From an uncultured Alphaproteobacteria bacterium (lineage in GTDB: Bacteria > Pseudomonadota > Alphaproteobacteria > Rhizobiales > JACESI01), in assembly GCA_938034375.1 (NCBI GenBank), contig CALHLB010000081.1, positions 1-53,654 on the forward strand: DNA of 53,654 bases, given 5' to 3'. Each line of letters starts with the position of its first letter. Position 1 is the first letter of the stretch. Of this stretch, positions 45,572 to 53,294 are shown in pieces. The notes beneath the pieces were generated by a model. It was given only the letters and a program-made list of their open reading frames with translations, did no database searches and was not told the DNA's origin. The position numbers were made by a program, and so were the translations under genes.

Positions 45572-45589
45572 ATGTTAATGGGCGATTAC
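45572..45589 (-). promoter_or_regulatory. Possible internal CtrA box upstream of the TPR gene
   Basis: TTAA-N7-TTAC at 45575-45589 (minus strand GTAATCGCCCATTAACAT). Confidence 0.45.
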
Positions 45590-45596
45590 TGACTGG

Positions 45597-46241
45597 TCAT
45601 TGACCAATTTTTGAAAGCTGCCTTTTATTTTTGTTGGTGCGATTATGGGCCTGTGCGGCTATTTCAACAGTTAACCGCTCTGCCGCTTTCACGTCCATTT
45701 CAGCCAAGATTCCAGACATTTTTCTAGGATTCATCGAGGTGGCTAATTCATGTAAAATATCCAGCGATAAGGCATCAAAAATACGAGCAGCATCTTTTGG
45801 CTTCATATTTTCATAAATAATCACCAAATCTTTTATGCTTTGCTTTTGAGACTTCTCACCGGATTTTTCTGCGTCTTCCAGTTCTTTCAGTTTGGATAAC
45901 TTTGATTGAAGGCGTTTTTCTGCAGCTTGTAAGAGTTCCTCGCGCAATTTTAAATCTTGCTCACGTTTTTCCAAAACGTCACGCCGTTCCCCTAATCTTT
46001 GCAAAAGGCTGGCTTTACTTCCTTTAGCATCCTTCACATCATCTTGAGCACTAGCCCGTAAGGTATTTTCATTCTCATTCGTTTCATTTCCAGGGATCGC
46101 ATCCGCCTTTTCTTCTGGCGTATTTTGCGCGGCTGCCTCTTGAACAGCCAAACCCTCAAAGGCCCCGCGTGCAGCAAGGCCAATTAATTTAAAAGAAACA
46201 AGAGCAATGGCAGCCAGAGCCAGAATTTGCAAAAGTCGCAT
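45597..46241 (-). CDS. MotE family protein (coiled coil plus MgtE-N-like domain)
   Basis: LV.IYENMKPKDAARIF, MNPRKMSGILAEMD..AERLTVEIA. Confidence 0.85.
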   Translation of the reverse strand: MRLLQILALAAIALVSFKLIGLAARGAFEGLAVQEAAAQNTPEEKADAIPGNETNENENTLRASAQDDVKDAKGSKASLLQRLGERRDVLEKREQDLKLREELLQAAEKRLQSKLSKLKELEDAEKSGEKSQKQSIKDLVIIYENMKPKDAARIFDALSLDILHELATSMNPRKMSGILAEMDVKAAERLTVEIAAQAHNRTNKNKRQLSKIGQ

Positions 46242-46242
46242 A

Positions 46243-46683
46243 TTATCCCCCGCCCTGCCTCAATGCGTTAATTCTTGCTGTTGCTTTAGCGGCAAGCTCA
46301 CTCACCTGTCGTGGGTTGGAAGGAACAGGCGTCCTTTGCGCTGTTCGTCTTGGCTGAGCAACAGGAGCCGCCTTTGTAATAGCAATCAATCTCTCCATAA
46401 GCGCATCACCTTCATCAAGCCTGGCTTGCAATTCAATATTAAGGCGCTCACCGTCTTTAACGCGAAGTCCTAGCGTTTTTTGATGCTCATTGGCCGTTAT
46501 TTTCAACCCCCTAATCGCGCGCTCTGCCAATTCTGTCGCTGTCAACAATTCAGCAATGGTTGAACGCAAAGCAGATTCCTCCGATTTTAGTTTCTTCAAA
46601 CGACCACTTAAAACAGCGCAATAACCAATTGTCGCAACAAGAAGGACAATAACCAGACCCTCAATTAAAATACCTGGTGTCAT
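46243..46683 (-). CDS. Conserved flagellar-cluster membrane protein (DUF6468-like)
   Basis: N-terminal TM, L..RLKKLK, ATE.AERAI.GLK coiled coil; conserved position after fliM. Confidence 0.7.
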   Translation of the reverse strand: MTPGILIEGLVIVLLVATIGYCAVLSGRLKKLKSEESALRSTIAELLTATELAERAIRGLKITANEHQKTLGLRVKDGERLNIELQARLDEGDALMERLIAITKAAPVAQPRRTAQRTPVPSNPRQVSELAAKATARINALRQGGG

Positions 46684-47849
46684 GGGCTTCCCCCTTCCAT
46701 TTCTGCAATGGCGCGCTCATAGCCTTCCATTGTCATTCTTTGCGGCTTCAAATTACGCGTTACCTGAACAGATACATGGTCGTTAATACGCCCGATCTGC
46801 CCTTCACTCATTGTTATATTACCAACCCTCAATTCAACAGGTTCACTAGGGCTTTTCCTAAGTAACAGTGTTTGCCCCACTTCAAGATCCAACACTTCTT
46901 CCAAAGGAATATCTTTTTCAAACAAAACGGCATCCAACTGGATTTGGGCAACACTTGTCTGTGTTGCCAAATGACTTTCCCATTCAAGATCACGTCCAAA
47001 TTTATCGCCAATAAACATTTGCAATAAAAGATGGCGAATGGGTTCAATGGTTTCATAAGGCAAAAGAAATTCGATATTTCCGCCTCGATCTTCCATATCG
47101 ATGCGAAACCGAACCAAAATAGCAGCATTAGCAGGCCTGATTAACGTTGCAAATCTTGGATTTGTTTCCATACGATCTAACTTGAAATGCACAGGTGCAA
47201 CCGGTTCAAAAGCCTGTTCAGTATCACGCAAAATCCGTTCAACAAGCTGTTGAACAAGGCTCAATTCAATCGCGGTATAAGGCCGCCCCTCAACGCGGGC
47301 AGCAGCCATACCGCGCCCGCCCCCTAAAAGCACATCAACAATTGTATAGATGAGAGGTGAATCGGTTGTAATAAGACCAAAGCCGTCCCATTCTTCCGCA
47401 CGAAAAACGGATAAAATAGCAGGCAAGGGAATAGAATTGAGGTAATCTCCAAAACGAACAGAAGAAATGGAAGCAAGAGAAACTTCAACATTATCTGATG
47501 TCAAATTACGGAGTGACGTGGTTGATAGCCGCACAAGATTATTGAAAACAACTTCAAGCATTGGTAGACGTTCATAAGAAACCAATGCTGAATTTACAAG
47601 CGCACGCACACCGCTTTGATCAGCCAGAAGAAGTTCATCAACCCGAAAGCCCATCAGGTTATCAATTTCATCCTGATTCATTAAACGGTCTGAATTTTGG
47701 CCCGCCCCATCGGCTTCCTCATCAGAACCATCCATCATGGAAGCCCATTGGGCTGTCAGGGTTTCAGCATCGCCAACCCCCTGCTCTTCCATCGCCTCAC
47801 CCCAGGCGGCGGCTAAATCATCTTCAACAAAATCATCTTCTTCAGCCAT
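46680..47849 (-). CDS. fliM: Flagellar motor switch protein FliM
   Basis: LMNQDEIDNL, SYERLPMLEVVF, RPYT.IE, C-terminal SpoA domain. Confidence 0.95.
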   Translation of the reverse strand: MAEEDDFVEDDLAAAWGEAMEEQGVGDAETLTAQWASMMDGSDEEADGAGQNSDRLMNQDEIDNLMGFRVDELLLADQSGVRALVNSALVSYERLPMLEVVFNNLVRLSTTSLRNLTSDNVEVSLASISSVRFGDYLNSIPLPAILSVFRAEEWDGFGLITTDSPLIYTIVDVLLGGGRGMAAARVEGRPYTAIELSLVQQLVERILRDTEQAFEPVAPVHFKLDRMETNPRFATLIRPANAAILVRFRIDMEDRGGNIEFLLPYETIEPIRHLLLQMFIGDKFGRDLEWESHLATQTSVAQIQLDAVLFEKDIPLEEVLDLEVGQTLLLRKSPSEPVELRVGNITMSEGQIGRINDHVSVQVTRNLKPQRMTMEGYERAIAEMEGGSP

Positions 47850-47857
47850 ATCACCCC

Positions 47858-48355
47858 CTATTGGATCAAAATTTCTTCAAACAAAATTTTACGCACTTCA
47901 ACAGGATAAACGGCAACATTTATGCGGCGTTGCAATTCTTCTTTTAGACGAAACATACCAGCAGACCCTTCAAGGTCACTCGTCCTAAGTTCACGCAAAT
48001 ACACCTGAAAAGCATCCAGAACCCGCGGCATGAAAGGCTCAATGGCGCTAACATCTTCTTGCGATCTAAGTTCCAGCGTAGCCTTTAACTTCAAATATTG
48101 TTGACGGCCAGCCACATTTTCCAGGTTCACCGTAATTTCAGGCATAGAAAAAAAAACAACAGGCTCAGGTTCTGGCACAGCTTCTTCAACCAGTTCCTCC
48201 TCCGCTGGTGAAGAAATAAATAGAAAATAGGCCGCCACCCCGCCACCAATCAGCAACAAGGCAACAACAGCCAATATAATAACTTTCATTTTGCCAGAGC
48301 CAGAGGTTTCATCTTCCCCGGCGCCATCTTCAGCATTCACTGAATCATCTGACAT
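47858..48355 (-). CDS. fliL: Flagellar basal body protein FliL
   Basis: TM GGGVAAYF, ITVNL, PRVLDAFQVYLRELR..DLEGSAG. Confidence 0.93.
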   Translation of the reverse strand: MSDDSVNAEDGAGEDETSGSGKMKVIILAVVALLLIGGGVAAYFLFISSPAEEELVEEAVPEPEPVVFFSMPEITVNLENVAGRQQYLKLKATLELRSQEDVSAIEPFMPRVLDAFQVYLRELRTSDLEGSAGMFRLKEELQRRINVAVYPVEVRKILFEEILIQ

Positions 48356-48441
48356 GCTATTCACCTATCATGTTGCAATCAAACAATAATTCTAAAAATC
48401 AATCATGAATGATTCTCTGTGGAATTAATATTACGATCATA

Positions 48442-48460
48442 ATGGTTAACGAATTCTTGC
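48442..48460 (-). promoter_or_regulatory. CtrA-type class II promoter element of fliL
   Basis: Minus strand GCAA-GAATTCG-TTAACCAT. Confidence 0.65.
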
Positions 48461-48486
48461 ATTTTATTAACAAAGAATAAGGCGCT

Positions 48487-48531
48487 AGGCACATATTGCC
48501 GACCATTTTTGCCGCTAGGCAAACCTTACCG
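48487..48531. promoter_or_regulatory. Two ftr-like enhancer palindromes upstream of the sigma54 promoter
   Basis: AGGCACATATTGCCG (48487-48501) and AGGCAAACCTTACCG (48517-48531), 30 bp apart, about 100 bp upstream of the predicted TSS. Confidence 0.65.
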
Positions 48532-48586
48532 AGTCAAGATCATCCAATAAAAATAAAAAATACAATAAAATCATATACTTAATAAG

Positions 48587-48603
48587 TTGGCATAGTTTCT
48601 GCT
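48587..48603 (+). promoter_or_regulatory. Sigma54 (-24/-12) promoter of flgFGAH
   Basis: TTGGCATAGTTTCTGCT (GG-N10-GC); IHF-like AATCATATACTTA in the AT-rich tract just upstream. Confidence 0.85.
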
Positions 48604-48613
48604 TACATGAAAA

Positions 48614-48678
48614 TGTGTCATCCACTGGGGAGTGGGTAACACAAACCTGAACTGGGGAGTTCGGGTCACATTGGGGAA
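48614..48678 (+). ncRNA. Structured flgF 5' leader (probably flg-Rhizobiales-like RNA motif)
   Basis: Hairpins 48614-48643 and 48645-48666 share the loop UGGGGA and each has a U-G wobble; a third unpaired UUGGGGA at 48671-48677; begins at the predicted sigma54 TSS. Confidence 0.7.
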
Positions 48679-48698
48679 AAAAGAAAAGGTGCTTCGTT

Positions 48699-49442
48699 AT
48701 GGAGAATGCACAGTTAATTACTCTGTCGCGTATATCTACGTTAAACAGACAAATGAGTGTTGTTGCCAATAATTTGGCAAATATGAATACAACAGGTTTC
48801 AAGAGCGAAAATATGCTCTTTGAAGAATATATAAGCCCTGTTGGCAGCGCTGAAAGTTTTGAATTCGGCGATCGCGATCTTAGTTTCGTTCTTGATGACC
48901 GGACAGTTGGCAATTTTAATGTTGGCGCTTTGGAAACAACAGGCAACCAGCTGGATGTAGCTCTTCAAAGTGAAGGTTTTTTTGCTATTCAAACCCCTGC
49001 TGGTGAACGTTACACAAGAACCGGTGGTTTTACCCTTGATCCAACAGGACAGCTCACAACCCATGACGGATTTCCCGTTCTTGGTGAAGATGGGCCAATT
49101 ATCTTTGATCCAGATGAAACAAATATTTCAATAACAGGCGATGGCGCCATTTCTGGAAGGGAAGGCGAAATTGGTCGCCTCCGTATTGTTACTTTTGATG
49201 ATCCGCAACAATTAGACAGAATTGGTAATAATCTTTTTGAAGGCGCTAATCCCCTCCTCGCAGAAACACCACGTGTTGTACAATTTGCGCGTGAACGTTC
49301 CAATGTTGATCCAATTTCAGAAATTTCCCAAATGATTGAAGTACAGCGGGCCTATGATCAACTGGCCAACATTATGCGCCAGCAAAATGATCTGCGCGAA
49401 ACTGCCATTCAACGCCTTGGCCGTGTCCAAGTTAACGCATAA
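48699..49442 (+). CDS. flgF: Basal-body rod protein FlgF
   Basis: VANNLANMNTTGFK, TGN.LDVAL, RYTR.G.F, SNVDPI.E. Confidence 0.93.
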   Translation: MENAQLITLSRISTLNRQMSVVANNLANMNTTGFKSENMLFEEYISPVGSAESFEFGDRDLSFVLDDRTVGNFNVGALETTGNQLDVALQSEGFFAIQTPAGERYTRTGGFTLDPTGQLTTHDGFPVLGEDGPIIFDPDETNISITGDGAISGREGEIGRLRIVTFDDPQQLDRIGNNLFEGANPLLAETPRVVQFARERSNVDPISEISQMIEVQRAYDQLANIMRQQNDLRETAIQRLGRVQVNA

Positions 49443-49456
49443 GGGGAGATGATAAA

Positions 49457-50245
49457 ATGCAAGCACTTCACACAGCAGCCACCGGAATGCGCGCCCAGGA
49501 ACTGAATGTTCAAACCGTTGCCAATAACATTTCAAATATTAGGACAACAGGCTTTAAAAAACAAAATGCCGAATTTCAGGACCTTCTTTATGAAAACGTT
49601 CGTCGTGTCGGGTCCAGTTCTTCCAATTCAGGTACAATTGTACCAACCGGTGTACAAATTGGTTCTGGCGTTAAATTTGCTGCAACAAGCCGCGTTTTAA
49701 CGCAAGGGCCATTAGAACAAACACAACAACCGCTTAACCTAGCCATTCGAGGCGAAGGTTATTTTGAAATTCAGCTGCCAGACGGACGCACAGCTTACAC
49801 ACGCGATGGTTCTTTTGAACGTAATCAGGATGGTGAGGTTGTTACACTGGATGGATATCAAGTGGGTGGCGGTATCACTATTCCACAGGACGCGCGCTCT
49901 ATCAATATTTCAACTGATGGACAAATTGAAGTTGTTGCAGGCGATGATGCAAACCCCACCAATGTTGGCCAGGTAGATATTATCAACTTTATCAATCCAG
50001 GCGGGCTTGAAGCGATAGGCGACAATCTATTTGTCGAAACAGCCGCAAGCGGCAACCCACAAACAGGCACACCAGGTGAAGAAGGGGTTGGCGATGTTTT
50101 GCAAGGATTTCTTGAAGGCTCAAACGTTGAGGCCGTTCGTGAAATTTCAGATCTAATCGCAGCTCAACGCGCTTATGAATTAAATTCACGGGTTATCTCT
50201 GCTGCCGATGAGATGATGCAATCAGCAGGGCAGATTTTACGTTAA
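49457..50245 (+). CDS. flgG: Basal-body rod protein FlgG
   Basis: ANNISNIRTTGFKK, EFQDLLY, YTRDGSF, QRAYELNS. Confidence 0.96.
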   Translation: MQALHTAATGMRAQELNVQTVANNISNIRTTGFKKQNAEFQDLLYENVRRVGSSSSNSGTIVPTGVQIGSGVKFAATSRVLTQGPLEQTQQPLNLAIRGEGYFEIQLPDGRTAYTRDGSFERNQDGEVVTLDGYQVGGGITIPQDARSINISTDGQIEVVAGDDANPTNVGQVDIINFINPGGLEAIGDNLFVETAASGNPQTGTPGEEGVGDVLQGFLEGSNVEAVREISDLIAAQRAYELNSRVISAADEMMQSAGQILR

Positions 50246-50270
50246 ACGCACTGATCCCTAAAAGGAGGTC

Positions 50271-51269
50271 ATGACAATGTTGAAATTTATTAAAAAATTT
50301 GGGCCTTTTATTCCAGCCCTTTTCTTAACGTTACTTGTTGGTCACGCTTCTGCAGCCAGTATAAAAAGTACCGTAACTGTCTATTCCAATATTGTGACCG
50401 TAAAAGACCTTTTTGAAAATGCCGACAAGCTTGCCAATGAACCTTTATTTCTATCACCTGATATAGGAAAAAGCGGCACAATCAGCGCACAACGCGTTGC
50501 AAATGAAGCGTATAATATTGGTCTATACAATATTGAACTTAATAATATTGAAACGGTCACGGTCCATCGCCCAAGCCAAAAAATAAACCGTGACCGCCTT
50601 CAGGCCGAATTAAGGGATATTGTTACAAAAAAGCTATCTACAAAAATCGATTTTGAGTTAACAACAAATAGCTTGCCCAAACTTGTTCATGCAGATGCCC
50701 GCATCAGTGATGCCGTTAAGGTGCGTGACTTCAGGCTTTTTGAAAATGAAAAGCGCTTTGAGGCAATATTTGAAATTAGCAGCTATAATCGTCCAACAAA
50801 TATTCCCGTACGGGGCGCCATTATAGAAATGACAAAAGTTATTACCCCAACCCGCGCACTTCAAAGGGATGAAGTGATTGGGGCCGGTGATGTGGAAGAA
50901 AAACGCGTTCCACTGGCACGTGTTCGTCCAGGCACTTTATCTTCTTTAGAAGCTTTTATTGGCAAAGCTGCAACAAGAAATTTGGCACAAGGTAATGCCT
51001 TGCGCGAAAAAGATGTCACAGAACCCATATTGGTGCGTTCAAATGACTCTGTTTCCATTCTTTATTCAATTCCAGGTTTAATTTTAACATCTCAAGGCCG
51101 CGCGCTCGATCCTGGCGCTAAAGATGACATTATCTCGGTCATGAATCTACAATCAAGACGTATCATTCGTGGTCGTGTCACCAATAGAGGGGAAGTGATT
51201 GTTGATGTTAAGAAACCGCTTTTCGCCAATACTCAAATCCCATCACAAAATCCGCAAGAGGTTCGTTAG
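50271..51269 (+). CDS. flgA: P-ring formation chaperone FlgA
   Basis: Signal peptide, SAF domain, GRAL..G..DDII.V.NLQS.R. Confidence 0.9.
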   Translation: MTMLKFIKKFGPFIPALFLTLLVGHASAASIKSTVTVYSNIVTVKDLFENADKLANEPLFLSPDIGKSGTISAQRVANEAYNIGLYNIELNNIETVTVHRPSQKINRDRLQAELRDIVTKKLSTKIDFELTTNSLPKLVHADARISDAVKVRDFRLFENEKRFEAIFEISSYNRPTNIPVRGAIIEMTKVITPTRALQRDEVIGAGDVEEKRVPLARVRPGTLSSLEAFIGKAATRNLAQGNALREKDVTEPILVRSNDSVSILYSIPGLILTSQGRALDPGAKDDIISVMNLQSRRIIRGRVTNRGEVIVDVKKPLFANTQIPSQNPQEVR

Positions 51270-51271
51270 TT

Positions 51272-52042
51272 ATGCGTATTCATGCCTTATTTAAACACCA
51301 TGGTCGCCCAAAAAAGACTTTGTTAATCACCCTCACCCTTGCAACAGCTTTAACCGGATGTGGCGCGGCCAACCAATTATCCGAAATTGGCAAAACACCG
51401 AAACTTTCCGCGATTGAAGACCCAACGGCGCAACCAGGTTATAAACCCGTTAGTTTGCCACAACCAGCACCTGAACCAGCGGTTTATACCGCAAATTCTC
51501 TTTGGCGATCAAACGATCAATCCTTTTTCAGAGATGGCAGAGCCCGCCGTGTCGGCGACATTTTAACCATCAATGTTACAATCAATGATGAAGCCGAGTT
51601 TGAAAACACAACAGAACGCAACAAAACATCAAACCGAAGCTTAGGAGTTGGTACAGGGGTTTTAGGTTCAATTTTCAGCCTTATACCTGGCATTTCAGAT
51701 ACAAGCGCGGTTTTAAGCGCTAATGCCTCCAGCGATACAGAAGGTGAAGGCACAATCGAACGTTCAGAAGCACTCACAACAACGATTGCAGCCGTGATCG
51801 TACAACAATTGCCCAATGGCAACCTTGTTATTGAAGGCAAACAGGAAGTACGGGTTAATTTTGAAATTCGAGAGCTTGTTGTTGCTGGTATTATCAGGCC
51901 AGATGATATTCAACCCGATAATACAATTGAATCTTCTAAAATCGCACAGGCGCGTATTTCTTATGGCGGGCGCGGCCAAATAAGTACATTGCAACAACCA
52001 GGTTACGGTGATCAGATCGTTGATATTGTTGCACCATTCTAA
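51272..52042 (+). CDS. flgH: L-ring protein FlgH
   Basis: Lipobox LTGC, RARRVGDILT, LPNGNLVIEG, IAQARISYGGRG. Confidence 0.96.
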   Translation: MRIHALFKHHGRPKKTLLITLTLATALTGCGAANQLSEIGKTPKLSAIEDPTAQPGYKPVSLPQPAPEPAVYTANSLWRSNDQSFFRDGRARRVGDILTINVTINDEAEFENTTERNKTSNRSLGVGTGVLGSIFSLIPGISDTSAVLSANASSDTEGEGTIERSEALTTTIAAVIVQQLPNGNLVIEGKQEVRVNFEIRELVVAGIIRPDDIQPDNTIESSKIAQARISYGGRGQISTLQQPGYGDQIVDIVAPF

Positions 52043-52055
52043 AAAGTTCAAAAAA

Positions 52056-52123
52056 GCTCCCCAGCCGTTCGCCTCCCCAATTGAGCGGCTAGAGGTTCGT
52101 TCGCTTCCCAATTGAACAACCTC
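52056..52123 (+). ncRNA. Structured flgH 3' trailer: two hairpins with C-rich UCCC(C)AA loops
   Basis: AGCCGUUCG-CCUCCCCAAU-UGAGCGGCU (52063-52090) and GAGGUU(C)GUUCG-CUUCCCAAU-UGAACAACCUC (52092-52123); G-U pairs favour the plus strand; additional CUCCCCAG at 52057-52064. Confidence 0.65.
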
Positions 52124-52164
52124 AAAAACGGCACCTGTAGCCATAACTACAGGTGCCGTATTTT
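52124..52164. terminator. Bidirectional intrinsic terminator
   Basis: ACGGCACCTGTAG-CCATAA-CTACAGGTGCCGT with A and T tracts. Confidence 0.9.
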
Positions 52165-52165
52165 A

Positions 52166-53257
52166 TTAACCAATAGAAGAATTACGATCGGCAAGTTTTT
52201 TCTCGAAATGAAACTTAAACTTTTTACGGAAAAAAATATCAACACGTTTTGATAACGAATGAATTGGAATTGAAATGAGCAAGCTAAAAATACAAACCAA
52301 TAAACTTTTAGGAGCAAGCTCAAAAAATGATGGTGAAAAAATATAAGAAACAAAAGTTAAAATAGGAACATGAATTAGGTATATTGGATACGATAATTCT
52401 CCTAAAAATCGGTCAAAAGAATTTTTTTTCGTAGCATGAAAACAAAGTGGGGAAGAAATTATTAATAACATGATTAAAAAACAACCAGTAAACTGTGCTC
52501 CAAAATTATGAGCGAACCAATCCCATTTATAAAAAGAGTATGAAATTGCAAATATCAACGCCCATCCAATAAAATTATGAGCCCTGCCAATAAATATAGC
52601 TTTAAATTTATGAGCCAGCATCCCAAGACAAAATACAGTTAATTCATTGGGCATAAAACGATAATTCCATGGATCATGTTGACCAAAGGCGGAATACGTC
52701 ACAACAATTGACAGCACAGAAAATGAAAAAAACAACAAAATCACTCTTATTGATTTGATCATAAACGGTGCAAGAAGGTAAAAAGACAATTCTACAGGTA
52801 AAGACCATGCTGGTGAAATATAAAAAAATGGATGGAAACGATATTCTTCCAATGCAAAATTTGATGTAAATTCAATCCCATCGGGTGTTGGATGTGTGAA
52901 CATGGCCCAATCAGAGCCAAACAGAAGCAAATTTGAAAAAAGCAGAAATAGTTTTGCCGAAAAAGTAAACGGTGCCTGAATAATATTCCAAAATTCATTA
53001 ATTCCAATCAATTGCAACAAAAATATTGATACAATCAAACAGACCTAATACCCTGAAAAGATTCTCGAAAAACGATTCCAATAAAAATGTGCAGGATTTG
53101 CATATTTTGCTTCTGAGACCATGGCCATATAAAAACCAGAGAGAGCGAAAAAAGCTTTTACTGCAAAGGAGCCAGGTAATAAACTGCCCAAAATAGGAAG
53201 CGGGCCTGCATGCGCCGTTAAAACTGATAGCGCCAATAAAATTCGTATAATGCCCAT
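52166..53257 (-). pseudogene. Acyltransferase-3 (OafA-like) gene with an in-frame amber stop
   Basis: IRILLALSVLTAH, AVKAFFALSGF, WSLPVELSFYLLAP, LGELSYPIYLIH. The two ORFs are in frame, separated by TAG at 53047-53045 where Trp is expected (RIFSGY*). Confidence 0.8.
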
Positions 53258-53294
53258 TTAGCCCCAAGCCCAAAAATACTTAGCCCATCAAAAT

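Noticed and set aside
46680-47849. Acidic N-terminal extension of FliM before the CheY-binding motif
   Set aside because: Common in alphaproteobacterial FliM.
535-51840. Numerous 60-180 aa ORFs antisense to or overlapping known genes (e.g. 535-1074, 7325-7852, 17992-18489, 48515-48946)
   Set aside because: Shadow frames of well-supported genes, with no motifs or RBS.
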